DNA of 64,000 nucleotides, taken from positions 9,984,001 to 10,048,000 of the forward strand of contig CM075988.1 in the NCBI GenBank assembly GCA_038087875.1. The letters are read 5' to 3'. The notes under the pieces are model-generated. The model was not told the DNA's origin. It saw only the letters and a list, made by a program, of their open reading frames with translations, and did not search any database. Position 1 is the stretch's first letter. Every line of letters begins with the position of its first letter. This document shows, in pieces, positions 1 to 12,205 of this stretch. Made by a program: the position numbers and the translations under genes. Origin of the DNA: Malacoraja senta. Its lineage: Eukaryota.

Positions 1-155
1 TAGCCACAAAAGGGGGCTTGCTTAGTATAAAAGCCCTGGTGGTAGTGTGAGCACTCTCTCTTCCTTTCCCCCTCTGGAACCATGATTAAAGGCACGTTGG
101 TTTTACCTGATGGTTTCTCGATGGTTATTTAAGTATCTGACTCCAGTACTTAACA
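1..155 (+). repeat. 5' LTR (3' part only)
   Basis: Matches 5071-5225; ends TAACA; TATAAAA at 26-32 and ATTAAA at 85-90. Confidence 0.95.
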
Positions 156-156
156 G

Positions 157-166
157 TGGCGACGAG
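157..166 (+). promoter_or_regulatory. Primer binding site, probably tRNA-Ser(GCU)
   Basis: TGGCGACGAG 1 nt after the LTR; complementary to the ...CUCGUCG-CCA 3' end of vertebrate tRNA-Ser(GCU). Confidence 0.8.
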
Positions 167-676
167 ATTAAAGAACCCTGATGTCTTACCGACCTCGGCA
201 TCCTGAAAGATCGAGTGGAGAACGCTCCCCGCACCCTCCCAAGGCAAAGAAGCTTGGTAGAGGCGGGTGTGTGGTTGAGGCTGGACTGGAGCTCCAAAGT
301 TGTGAGGGTTGGGGCAAAGTGCAGTCAAGGGGGAGAAGTGACCTCGGAGAGCGGGCCCCAGGAACGCATTGGTAGTTGGGGTGAATACCGTCGGTAGTGC
401 ATAGTGTGCCGGTGGGGGTTTTCCAGTTTCAGCAGTTAAAGAGGCCTGTATACCCGATGGAGGCTGAAGAGACTGGTTGGAAACGGACCTAGAGGGTCCA
501 GGAAAAAGAAACGCTGCGAGAGAAGGGCGCAGACAGGGCGGGAACCGCCATTTTTGGCACGCCTAAAAACCGGAAGAGAAGGGTGCAAAAGCAGGAACCG
601 CCATTTTTGGCACGCCTAAAAACGGAAGAGAAGGGTGCTATTTTACAAGTTTTACAAATTCCATTGAAGCTAATTG

Positions 677-3600
677 ATGAGCAACATGGCAATAAAAGGA
701 AAATTTGGAATCTTCGAGAGCAACTTAGAGACTTGGGACACATATTTGGAAAGATTTGATGTTTTCTGTACTGTTAATGATATAGCAGATGATAAGAAAG
801 CTGTGAATTTATTGAATTATATGGGTGCTAAGACTTATGGATTAGCAAAGGGGTTGTTACATCCTACAAAAGCTGCAAATGCAACATTTAAACAGATATC
901 TGATAAATTAAAGGAACACTTGAATCCAGCACCATTGTTCTTATCTGAGCGTTTTGCATTTTATAAAAGGGACCAGCAGTTAGAAGAAACTGTGGCACAA
1001 TTTCTGGCAGAGCTAAGAACATTAGCTGTATTTTGTAAATTTGATGATTTTTTAAATCAAGCATTACGGGATAGATTTATTTGTGGATTGAAAAGTGAGA
1101 CTCTATTACAAAAACTGTTAGCTGAGGGTGATATAGATTTGTCCAAAGCATTTACAATGGCTACGTCATTTGAGAAAGCCCAAGAGGGCGCGGCGGCCAT
1201 ACAACAGAAGAGTCCAGAGTTTGAAACCCATAAATTACTACCAAAGGCTGAGAGATGTGTCCGGTGTGGAAAAACCACTCACCATCAGAAAGATTGCTGG
1301 TTTAAAGATAAAATATGTAATGGATGTGGAAAAGTGGGTCACATTGTACGGGCTTGTAGGTCAAAGAAGCCTGGTAGAAGTGAACACTATAGAGCAAGGA
1401 CATTGGGGGCTGAGGCCAAGTTAGTCCATGAAGTTAGGGAAAGTAGTGTGAGCAGCAGTTGTAGTGACTCAGACGTAGAAGCAAGAGAAGTAAGTTGCTT
1501 AAAGATTAAAGCAGTGCAGAATTCGACAGAACTGGATACAATGTGGGTAATGGTGACCATTTCAGGAGTTTCATTGAAACTAGAACTGGATACTGGTTCA
1601 GCGTTAACGGTGATAAATGAGAAGGATTATTATAGGTATTTTTCACAAGAACGGTTGCAGAAGACTAATATTGCTTTAAAAACTTATACGGGTCAAAAGG
1701 TTAGGCCAAAAGGAAGGATTGAGGTATCAGCCAAGTACAATGGTATGACAGTGAGGAATCTGTTTATATACGTGCTGAGGGAAGGCGGACGGCCATTACT
1801 GGGTAGAGAGTGGGCTAGGAGACTGAAATTTGATTGGTCAACTATTCACACATTAAAGCACAGGGAGCTGGGGTTAACAGGGCCCTTGCAAAGTAAATTG
1901 GTTGAAGTAAAGCATAGGGAGCGGGGGTTAATAGGACCCTCAAAAAGTAAATTGGCTGAAGTGTTGGCAACAGCTCCAGAGGTGTTTCAATCAGGACTTG
2001 GCAAGTTGGTTGGTATTCAAGCTACTATATCAATTACTGAGGGGTCTGCCCCCAAGTTTTTTAAACCTCGACCAGTACCTTTTGCAATTAGACCAGCAGT
2101 GGAAGCTGAATTAGATAACTTAGAGCAACAAGGAGTGCTCTCAAGGATAGATTGGAGTGAATGGGCTACACCTATTGTGCCGGTTATGAAAAAGGCTTTG
2201 CCGGATGGCCCGGGATTAGCACAGAAAGTACGTATTTGTGGTGATTTTAAAGTTAGTGAATCCAGTGTTAAAAGTAGTACAATATCCATTGCCAAAGATT
2301 GATGAGATTTTTGCCTCATTGGCAGGAGGGCAACATTTTTCTAAAATAGATCTGGCACAAGCATATTTGCAGATGGAGGTAGAGGAAGATTCCAGACATT
2401 ACCTGACGATTAATATGCATAAAGGCTTGTATAGGTATAATAGGTTGGTTTTTGGGGTAGCTTCGGCGCCGGCTATGTGGCAGAGAGCCATGGAGCAGAT
2501 GCTGCAAGGTATTCCAGGTACCCAATGTTACTTGGATGATATTTTGATCACAGGTAGGACGGTGGAAGAACACCTCTCCAATTTGGAACGGGTGTTGGGC
2601 AGGTTAAAACGTTATGGCCTTAGGGCTAACAAGGCCAAGTGTGACTTCTTCAAGGAACAACTGGCGTATTGTGGACATTTGATTGATAGACATGGGTTGC
2701 ATAAATCACCAGACAAAATTGCTGCGGTGGTAAATGCGCCAGCTCCGGTGAATGTGTCACAGTTACGCTCATTTCTGGGACTGATAAATTACTATCATAA
2801 ATTTTTGCCAAACCTATCTGCTATCCTGTATCCATTAAATGGATTGTTAAAATCAGGGGTGAAATGGAATTGGTCGTTGGAATGTGTGAAGGCATTTGCT
2901 GATAGTAAGGTCTTGATTACATCAAGGAAGGTGCTTGCACATTTTGATCCAGCAATACCAATTAAGCTGGCTTGTGATGCATCTCCTTATGGTATAGGTG
3001 CAGTGCTTTCACATCAGTTTCCAGGGGGTCATGAACGACCAATTGCTTTTGCATCAAGGTCATTGTCCACGGCTGAAAAGAATTACGCCCAAATTGATAG
3101 GGAGGCTCTTAGCCTGGTATGGGGTGTTAAAAAATTTAATCATTACTTATATGGACAGAAATTTACATTGATTACGGATCATCAGCCGTTGGTTTCGATA
3201 TTTAATCCAAAAAAGGGGGTGCCCTTGATGACGGCACAGTGCTTGCAGAGATGGGCCTTGTTTTTGGGTGCACATCGTTATGACATCCAGTATAGAGGCA
3301 CAAAGTTGCATGGGAATGCAGATAGTTTGTCAAGATTGCCATTACCGATTGTAAGTGATGTACCAATGACTGATGTGGCAGAATTGTTTCATATGTCCAT
3401 TTGTGAAGTGTTGCCAGTGGATAACAAACGTATAGAGCGTGAGACAAGGAATGATAGGATTCTTTCAGGGGTATATGATGTAACAGTACGAGGGTGGCCA
3501 GCGGAAGGAGATTCTCGGTTTCCTCAATATTCAGCAAGAAGAGAACAATTGTCTACGTGCAGGGGTACCGTGATGTGTGGTTCTAGAGTGGTGATCCCCC

Positions 3601-4808
3601 AAAAGTTACAGAAACAAATCTTGGAGGAACTACACGTTGGTCATCTAGGATGCACTAAGATGAAAAGTCTGGCTCGTGCATATGTATGGTGGCCAGGTAT
3701 TGATGGCCAGATTGAGGAATTGGCCAAAAATTGTTCTGGCTGTCGGCTTGAGCAGAAGACACCTCCATTGGCCCCTATCCATCCATGGGAATGGCCGTCT
3801 GGTCCATGGAAACGGGTTCATATTGATTATGCAGGACCCTTTCAAGAGTCTATGTTCCTGGTGGTAGTAGATGCACATTCGAAATGGCCAGAGGTTATAA
3901 AGATGTCCTCGACTACGTCTCAGAAGACGATTGCGACGTTACGAACAATTTTTGCAAGGTATGGTTTGCCTGAACAAATATGTTCGGATAACGGGCCTCA
4001 ATTTGTATCTGAAGACTTTAAGACGTTTCTGAAGACTAATGGCATTAAACACTATACGTCGGCACCTTATCATCCGGCAACAAATGGACTGGCGGAGCGT
4101 TTTGTACAGACCTTTAAGAAGGCGCTTAAAGCAATGAAACATGAGGATCTGCCTATGCAAAATAAATTGGACAATTTTTTGTTCAACTATAGAAATGCGG
4201 TTCATGCTGTAACAGGTCAATCACCTGCGATGGTGTTTTTCAACAGACAGTTGGGTTCCAAATTGGACTTAGTTCGTCCTGATCTTAGAAGACAAGTGGA
4301 ACAGAAAGTGTTCCATTGTGCACCTCAACGTCTTACCAGGAGTTTCCAGGTTGGTGAAGCTGTACTTGCCCGCGATTATAGAAACCAGAAATGGCAGCCG
4401 GGAGTTGTTGCGGAGGTACAAGGACCTCTAATGTATGCAGTCAACACGGCCGATGGCCAGATTCGCCGGCATGTGGATTAAATCGTACAGTCTACTATTG
4501 CTCCTCATCTGGAACCTCGGTTAAGTGCTTCGGATCAGCCAGTATCAATGGGGGGCCAATGGTCGAATAAGGAATTGGAACCTATTGTGCCTATGTCTTG
4601 TTATCCTGTTCTAGCTGCCAAAGAAGCACCTATGCCTTCGTTGGATATTTCACCAGCTAAAGTAGCAGTACAGGTTCCTGACCAGTTGGTTGCAATACCA
4701 AAACAGGTGTTCCCTAGCTCGGAAGTGCGGTGTTCGCCTGTAGAATCTGGATTAAGACGCTCAACCAGAATATCAAGGCCGCCACAGAGGTTGATTGAAG
4801 AACTTTGA
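677..4808 (+). pseudogene. Gypsy gag-pol polyprotein; single ancestral ORF broken by a frameshift (~2255) and a stop (4479-4481)
   Basis: Two CX2CX4HX4C knuckles; protease LDTGS; RT YLDD; RNase H CDAS/TDH/NADSLSR; integrase HHCC plus HIDY-SDNG-GLAER; C-terminal RRSTR..PPQRL in frame after the stop. Confidence 0.95.
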
Positions 4809-5008
4809 CATTGAATACGGGACTGACTAAGTGATGGTTACTGTGTGTGTTTTTTTTTTTTTCCCCTCACGTATTGGTGATGGTGTTATTATATTGTGCT
4901 TGCAAAATATAAGGTGAAGGTGATAATGTAATTTTGTCATCTATTATATGATCTGTTGTAGGTATGGTGTACTTTTCCCCTTAGTTTTTGTGTAAAACTA
5001 AGGGTTTT

Positions 5009-5020
5009 AAAGGGGGAGGA
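5009..5020 (+). promoter_or_regulatory. Polypurine tract
   Basis: AAAGGGGGAGGA 1 nt upstream of the 3' LTR. Confidence 0.9.
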
Positions 5021-5021
5021 T

Positions 5022-5225
5022 TGTGGTGTATGCCCCTTTAAGAGATATCATACACCTATTGTAATACCGGTAGCCACAAAAGGGGGCTTGCTTAGTATAA
5101 AAGCCCTGGCGGTAGTGTGAGCACTCTCTCTTCCTTTCCCCCTCTGGAACCATGATTAAAGGCACGTTGGTTTTACCTGATGGTTTCTCGATGGTTATTT
5201 AAGTATCTGACTCCAGTACTTAACA
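5022..5225 (+). repeat. 3' LTR, 204 bp, TG...CA
   Basis: Starts TGTGG after the PPT, ends TAACA, matches 1-155. Confidence 0.95.
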
Positions 5226-5990
5226 AGAACCTCCCACGAACCAGCCACTCAAAGTGGACTGGGAGATGACATTGACATTGCATTTGGAGGATTTTGTGAA
5301 GGAGTTAGTATTTACCAATGAGTTGAGCTCTCTACAGTAGATCATCAATATCTGCACAGTGTACAGAGTTGCCTGTGGACCAAGGTGTCATAATTTCAAT
5401 TGTGTAGGAAGGGACTGCAGATGCTAGTTTACACTGAAGATAGATAGAAAATGCTGGAGTAACTCAGCAAGTCAGGCAGCATCTCTGGAGAAAATAAATA
5501 GGTGACCTTGTTCAGACTAATTCCTGGGCTTTGAACTGACTTTCCTGCAGGCAGCTAAAGGCCAGTGCAGTGGATATTGTTGTCAATGTCTACCTTCTTT
5601 GAGTGGTTGTTCTAAGATTAGGGAAATGATTCATCTTGTCTAGCAGCTTATCGTGATTAGCGATGGTCTGGTTATGGGCGGCAAGGACAGTCTGGTGAAA
5701 GACCTCTATTTTCGAGGTATTTAATGTAAGGACCATTCTCTCATTTGCTTCAAGGAAGGAATTGGTGAAAATTTGGACTTTGGTCTCCAAGTGGGTCCTT
5801 ATGCAAGTTTTGTCTGTACCCCATGACTCAATGATGGTGTTTGGAATGAGCTCGGTTCTGGAAGGGAGGTGATGAAGGTTTTTTACTGTACATTGAATCC
5901 ATTTAATCAAGGAAACCATTGGACACGAGATAAAACATTGCAATAAGGATGCTTGGGAAGACCATTAGCCTTGTTCTGCTTGACAACATC
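5226..5990 (-). mobile_element. Degenerate RTE-clade LINE RT fragment, interrupted by a PLE end at ~5401-5520
   Basis: Translation ...NSFLEANERMVLTLNTSKIEVFHQ...NHFPNL resembles the post-YADD region of RTE; boundaries approximate. Confidence 0.6.
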
Positions 5991-6489
5991 ATCAAATGAC
6001 TTTATGTGATCTGCGGGTCACAACTTATTTATCATCATGAATAAAGGTAGAGAATAATATTGATTTTGGGTCATTCATAATACGGAGAAGCATATTTATT
6101 GTCTAACTGTAAATAAGTATTAATAAACATTGATACATGCTCTTCATTTAAAATAATATTTATTTAAAGAGTACAGCATGTTCTAGATCTCAGTGCTCTA
6201 CTTTGTAGTATTAAATGAATAGATGTTTATGAATTTAACGGAAATTTAAAAAAAAAACAATGAGAGAGATTTTTGTGTTTTTTTGTTCTCAAAGCATAAG
6301 AGGTTGATGTAGTTTGGTCTATTCGTTTCCATGTAAACTATCTTTGGATATAAAACAATGTTTTTTTAAATATTAAATGTCTAAATTTAATGTTTAGAGG
6401 CATTTTGTTTGCATAACTGTAAGTGAACTCACAATGGAGCTGTGGTGTTAGAATGAGAGGATTCTGTATTGATCACAACTGGAGACTAA

Positions 6490-6770
6490 AGGGCCTGTCC
6501 CACTTACGTGATTTTATTCGGCGACTTGCCGGCACCCGTCATAGTCGCAGCAGGTCGCCGAAAATTGTCAAAATGTTCAAAATCCAGCGGCAACCAGAAA
6601 AAAAGTACGATTCTTTGGGCGACTACTCATGACATGTCACGGGGTGACGCCTGTATGGTCGTGAGTAGTCACCCAAAGAGTTGTACCTTTATCTGGTCAC
6701 TGCTGGATTTTCAACATTTTGACGGGTGCCGGCAAGTCGCCAAAAAAATTGCGTACATGGGACAGGCCCT
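6490..6770. mobile_element. PIF/Harbinger-like MITE (palindromic; same family as 50568-50910)
   Basis: TIR AGGGCCTGTCCCA.../...TGGGACAGGCCCT, long inverted arms, flanks TAA/TGA. Confidence 0.8.
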
Positions 6771-6879
6771 TGACTACAATAGGAAAGAATAGAAAATATC
6801 CAGTACATAAAACTATACGATGACTTTTTTGCAATTTACCAAAACAATGATTGGATTTTAAGAGGCAGTACTTAAAACA

Positions 6880-7195
6880 GAACAACGAACAATACAGCAC
6901 AGGAAAATACCTTACAGTCTACAATGTCTGCTGAAAATAATGCCAAGATAAATTAATGCCATCTGCCTGCATGTATCCATATCCTACCATTCCCTGCAAT
7001 ATCCACATGCCTATCTAAAATCCTCTTAAACGCCACCACCGTATCTGCCTCCAGCACCACCCCTGGTCTGTTACAGAAATCCATGTAACAAACTTTGCCC
7101 CTCTCACCTTAAAGCTGTGTCCTCTATATTTGACATTTGCACCCTGAGCAGAAAATGCTGCCTCTCTACCCTATCTATGCCACTTATAATATTAT
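6880..7195 (-). mobile_element. CR1/HER1-like LINE 3' fragment
   Basis: Reverse complement resembles the CR1 tails at 20301-20697 and 36100-36254. Confidence 0.7.
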
Positions 7196-7518
7196 ATGCA
7201 CATGCAAGTATGCAAATATTGTCAAATGCACAAGCAATGAAGAGATAGACGATTCACAGCAAGCAGAGAAGACATGCATTCAAATCGACCTTTGCTTTGA
7301 TAACTTTCACCATTAACAAATAATTTAATGTATCCTACCATTGAAATTATGGATTGAGCTGGAGTACATTTGTGGAAATTGAGCAGCCTGGGTGAGGCCC
7401 ATGTATGTATTCCACAATGTGTAGCATGTCTGTTAATATGGGAGCCACATTTTCTGACAGTAAATTGCAAATTACAAGACCAGCAACAATTTAAGTGACC
7501 ACTGAATTTTAATTTTGG

Positions 7519-7685
7519 TAGATAGACATGAAATGCTGGAGGAACTCAGCGGGTCAGGCAGCATCTCTGGAGAAAATGGATCAGTGACGTTTCGGGTCAG
7601 AACTCTTCTTCGGAGAGTCACCCATCCATTTTCTCCAGAGATCGTGCCCGACCCGCTGAGTTACTCCAGCATTTTGTGTCTATCT
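7519..7685. mobile_element. Fold-back pair of Penelope-like element (PLE) ends
   Basis: 7519-7588 is the inverted complement of ~7617-7685; degenerate hammerhead core on the minus strand at 7585-7613. Confidence 0.75.
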
Positions 7686-8799
7686 CTGGAGAACATGTTC
7701 CCAAGAGATGCTGCCTGGCCCACAGAGTTACTCCAGTATCCTGTTACTGCAATGATGGCAGGTATTTGATGAAACTGGAACTCAGAAGCTACAATGCGGG
7801 CTTTCTCTTTGTATGCAAAAGCAACACCTCATTCAAGGGATTACGATTTTAATCCTTTTGTTTGTTCTTGATAGCAATCATTCTCAATATTCTCATCAGT
7901 GGACTATACATAAAGCTTAACAATCCCTCAGTTCAGGCTATTAAAATATGGAATGAATCCCTGTGGATAAAAAGTTCAAGAGGCATCAACCATGTCCACG
8001 AAACACTGTTACTCAGTTGCTCTGTTGCTATGAACTAATAGATTTTTTTTAAGGGCAGCTCCCTGAAATGAATGGCTGAGAGGCTTCCATTATTTAAAGG
8101 AATTTGGTTATTTTGCTGGTGACATCTGCCTGTGAATGATATTGGGAATTTTTTTTCAAAGATGAATCTTTATTTTACAATTACATTTTCAGAGGTTTAG
8201 TCTAATCTGTGAACTGTTATGAAACTTTGACACTTATTTTCTAATTTCAGAGGAATCATTTGTGTGCAGAATTAGTGGACTGCACATGTTAATTCCTTGT
8301 GTTACAGTTTAGTACACAGTACGTGTGCATTCAAATTGTGTATGACTTGCATAGATTATATGAATTAGATTATAATATATGTTAATGTCATACATGGTAT
8401 TAAAATGCACAAAAAAAGCCTGTAGCCTTCCACAAAATACTCAAAATGCCTTGAAGATTGCGAAATATTACTACTTCATTTACGCTATTTAAAGTGACTA
8501 TGGCAGAAATATTAAAATGCAAAGAAGCTTCAACATCACAAATATCAGTTTATTCAAGAGTCAAGCATCAAGAATGTTTAATTGTCATATGTATCTACAA
8601 TAGAACAATGAAAATCTTACTTGCTGCAGCTTAAAAGGCTCATTAATGTAATTACACATAAATAAATGTATAATAATCAAGAGTATAATAAATTATTCTT
8701 CGTAATACTTGGTAAACACAGTGCAAAATGTGGCAGTGCCAATTGTAACCCCAACTCACCAAAGCCTGGATACCCCTATGTACTTGAGAACATTCATGG

Positions 8800-8905
8800 T
8801 TCTGAACAAGGGTCTCGACTCGAAACATCACCCATTCCTTCTATCCAGGGATGCTGCCTATCCCGCTGAGTTACTGTCTATTGTTACTCCAGCATTTTGA
8901 GTCTA
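8800..8905 (+). mobile_element. PLE 3'-end fragment with degenerate hammerhead motif
   Basis: CTGAACAAGGGTCTCGACTCGAAACATCACC followed by GATGCTGCC...GCTGAGTTAC. Confidence 0.7.
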
Positions 8906-10019
8906 TCATGGTTTTACAAAGAATCCCCCAAATCATTACAGGAATCTAAGAACAAGACACCAACTCTTTCAATTAACTCAATTTTTATGATTTCTGCGGC
9001 TGATAGCAATCATTGACCAATTTCACCGCTGTTTCTAGGATGGCTACAAATGTATGTTGTGTCGAGACTTAAAGTGAGATCTGCCTCCTCCTGCAACAAT
9101 AAACATAAGTCTATTAATTGTTGGATCTGTGGTAGACCATTCGAAAAGGAAGGAGGATTCATGATGAATGATTAGGTAAATTATTAATTTGAGAAACTAT
9201 TTAAAAAATGCCTGAGGGGGCAAGGACTTGTAGGAATATAGGATTGTGATTTATGTTTACATCCATTGTAATATCTAATTTGGCTTGCTGTTGTATCATC
9301 CCAATTAATCAAACTCAGAGGCAAGAGTCTTTTGGTTTACCTTTGGCAGTGCCTTTGGTTCTAATGTTCAATTAGACCTAACATTTTAATCCTATGGACG
9401 GTTAAAAGATGTTCTTTAAAATTAACTTTGCGTTGTGAAGGGAAAGAGAATTGTTCATTTTAGTTCAGAAAGGAAGAATAAGTTAGTTCAGGAATTACAA
9501 TAACACAATTAGAGATGTTCAACTTATGAGACATAACAGTTCAGAATCGCAACGTGACAGCTTACCTGGATCCAATTGGTTGAAGTAAAATATCAATTAT
9601 TAAGTTTCTAAAAATCATAGTTTAATGTCTGTGTGCTGGATGGAAATATGCAACATACTTATTCTGATTCTACAGGTATTTAACTATTATGGAAAATCTC
9701 TAGACTGTTTGGTCCATCAGATCTGCATTGGCTCTTGTAAAGGGTCCATCATTATTCCCATGCCCTTGTATTTCTGCCCCAGCTTTCCACACTTTTCTTT
9801 TAGATGGAGTATTGACATTTCCATTAGAAACATCCTGTCTCCGGGCCATTACTTATAACCTTTAGGCATGAAATAGACACGACTTGAACATTGGCAAAGA
9901 TGGTTTCAACATCTAAATTGTACATATTACCTTTTTTCCTCTCCCAAATATTCCCTCTTCTCGCCCGCAAACGATGACCTTAGCGATTTGTCCCAATGAC
10001 CACTGGTTTTCTTGATCAT

Positions 10020-10210
10020 GTTTCACACATATGGTGGATATATGGAATGAACTACAGGCATTTGGACAGGGACATGAATGGAAAAGGTTTAGAAGGATAT
10101 GAGCCAAAGGTGGGCAAGTGGGACCAGCGTAGATGGGGTACCATGGCCAGCATGGGCAGGTTGTACCGAAGGGCATATTTCCATGCTGTATGACTCCATG
10201 ACTCTATGAC
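10020..10210 (+). mobile_element. CR1-like LINE 3' tail
   Basis: ...CCGAAGGGCATATTTCCATGCTGTATGACTCCATGACTCTATGA terminal repeats. Confidence 0.75.
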
Positions 10211-11134
10211 CGAGTGAGTGCTTTCAAAGTGTATGTTAGGAAAGAGAATATTGACCAACAAATGGAATATGACTGGCATTAGAAATAACGTGTTCTTATT
10301 GATAACTAAAAGCTATACGTTGAATTCAGTGAATAATGATTACGTGTTTGATTACTGGCTCTTTCCACCAGAGTATTGAAGGGAATTGAACTCTCCTGAC
10401 TATCGTGCTGATCAAAACTCCAACCCACCTACCAAACCCAGTAGCATCCTGTCTGTTGCATTATTTCACAATACAATTGTCAACTGTTCCTTCCAAGACA
10501 CCTAAACAAAAGCACAATGTACAGAATTTGTTTATCTGAGGTAAAAATAGAAAATATTACTTGTGCAGTGAATACTACTACTCAGTGAGTACTGAGTAGT
10601 TCTGACAACATCCGTGGAAAGAGGAATAATATCAGTAAATATTTAATGTATAGTTTTCAAGCAAGTGTGGAGGAGGGTGAACGGTGAGAAAGATATGAAT
10701 AAAATGGAAGACTGCAAGAACATCTTTTGCCTTCTACCCAGTCAGCAACGTTCCATTTTGTTATTACCTGATGTTTATTGATCTCTGTGTTTTTCACCCT
10801 TTTGAAAAATTAAAGTTTTTTTACCTAAATTGATAACATTATTTATTTACTGGTGCAGATGAGCATTTTCACATTTTCCTGCTTCATTAAAAAAAACTAC
10901 TGCGAACTCCTAGCTTTATAATTTGTGAAGTTTGTTTGGGATAACAATGTTGCCTCAATTTGTCAGTTATTTTGACTCCTCTCTACCTCAATGACCCCCA
11001 TCGTCTCTGGTACTGGGTTATCCTTTGAGTTTGCTGCAGTGCTCTTTCCCAGAGCACGTGTCTTCAGGGCTGGCTCAGTACTTATGTTCTCCCTGGCAGA
11101 GCCCGCTGATAGGAAATGCAACAAGAAAACAGGT

Positions 11135-11562
11135 GTGTTTGACAGCACTGGGCTTCTACCCGCTGGAATTTATAAGGTTGAAGGGGGACCTCATTGAAAC
11201 TTACAGAATAATGGAAGGCACAGATAGAGAGGATATGGAAAGGACGTTTCCACTGGTGGGGGAGTCTAGGACCAGAGGTCATAGCCTCAGAATTAATTGG
11301 CACTCTTTTAGAAAGGAGATGAGGAGGAATTTCTTTAGTGAGAGGGTAGTCAATCTGTGGAACTCATTGCCACAGAGGGTTGTGGCCAAGTCAGTTGATG
11401 TTTCTAAGGCAGAGATAGACAAATTCTTGTTTAGAACAGGTGTCAAAGGTTATGGGGAGAAGGCAAGAAAATGGGATTAGGAAGCAGCCATGATTGAATG
11501 ACGGAGTGGACTCAATGGGCCAAGTGGCCTAATTCTACTCCTATAACGTGTGAACTTGTGAA
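11135..11562 (+). mobile_element. CR1/HER1-like LINE ORF2 C-terminus and tail
   Basis: RLKGDLIETYRIM...SRTRGHSL...NFFSERVVNLWNSLP is the CR1 ORF2 end. Confidence 0.9.
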
Positions 11563-12205
11563 AACAAACCTGATCTACCATGTGAGTGGACCTTGATTAT
11601 CACCAGGCATTGATAGAAAGCAGCAGAAACAATCCCAACTTAACTGAAATATCTGAGCGAGACTGGTCTTCACTAATAAATCTTCAGCACTTCCCCCATC
11701 GATGGAGGAGTTTAAGCACATCAATGTTCTGTGGGCATCATAGAGCTATGTTAATTGTAGAAGATGAGGTGAAGGGGCAGCCAGTCAATTACCACTGGAC
11801 ATGAATGGAGATGTCTAATTTTTCTGTCTCGACCCGAAACATCACCTATTCCTTTTCTCCAGGGATGCTGCCCGACCTGCTGAGGTACTCCAGCATTTTG
11901 TGTCTATGTTCAGTGTAAAGCAACATCTCCAGTTTCTTCTTGCACTGTTCAAGCTGGATTTATTTTGTTAAGCATTCATTTATGGAAGTATAGATATTTT
12001 TGTACTTTATGATGCAGACAAATGGGATTTCTAATGATGTCAAAATAATAAAATTCATATACACTCAACATATTTGATCATCCTCCATTCATTGTGTCTC
12101 CCCTCTTTATCAACTTTAAGGTTTAGGTTTAGATTTATTACTGTCACATGTGCCAAGGTATTGTGAAAAAGCTTTCTCTTGCATGCTGTCCAAACAGTTT
12201 GGATA

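Larger units (their letters stand above)
1..5225 (+). mobile_element. Ty3/Gypsy LTR retrotransposon (Mag-like), near full length; 5' LTR cut by window edge
   Basis: Direct repeats 1-155 and 5071-5225 differ at 1 base; PBS and PPT present; gag-PR-RT-RH-IN domain order. Confidence 0.97.

Noticed and set aside
2238..2302. Programmed gag-pol frameshift at the ORF overlap
   Set aside because: The shift needed is +1/-2, falls inside the conserved RT motif, and no correctly phased slippery heptamer is present; a 2-nt deletion is the simpler explanation
4548..4808. Extra or env-like ORF in the Gypsy element
   Set aside because: Same frame as pol after one premature TAA; it is the usual integrase C-terminal tail and has no signal or transmembrane segment
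10577..10600. 10-bp perfect hairpin ACTACTCAGT-GAGT-ACTGAGTAGT
   Set aside because: Short, lies in a degenerate repeat remnant, no functional context
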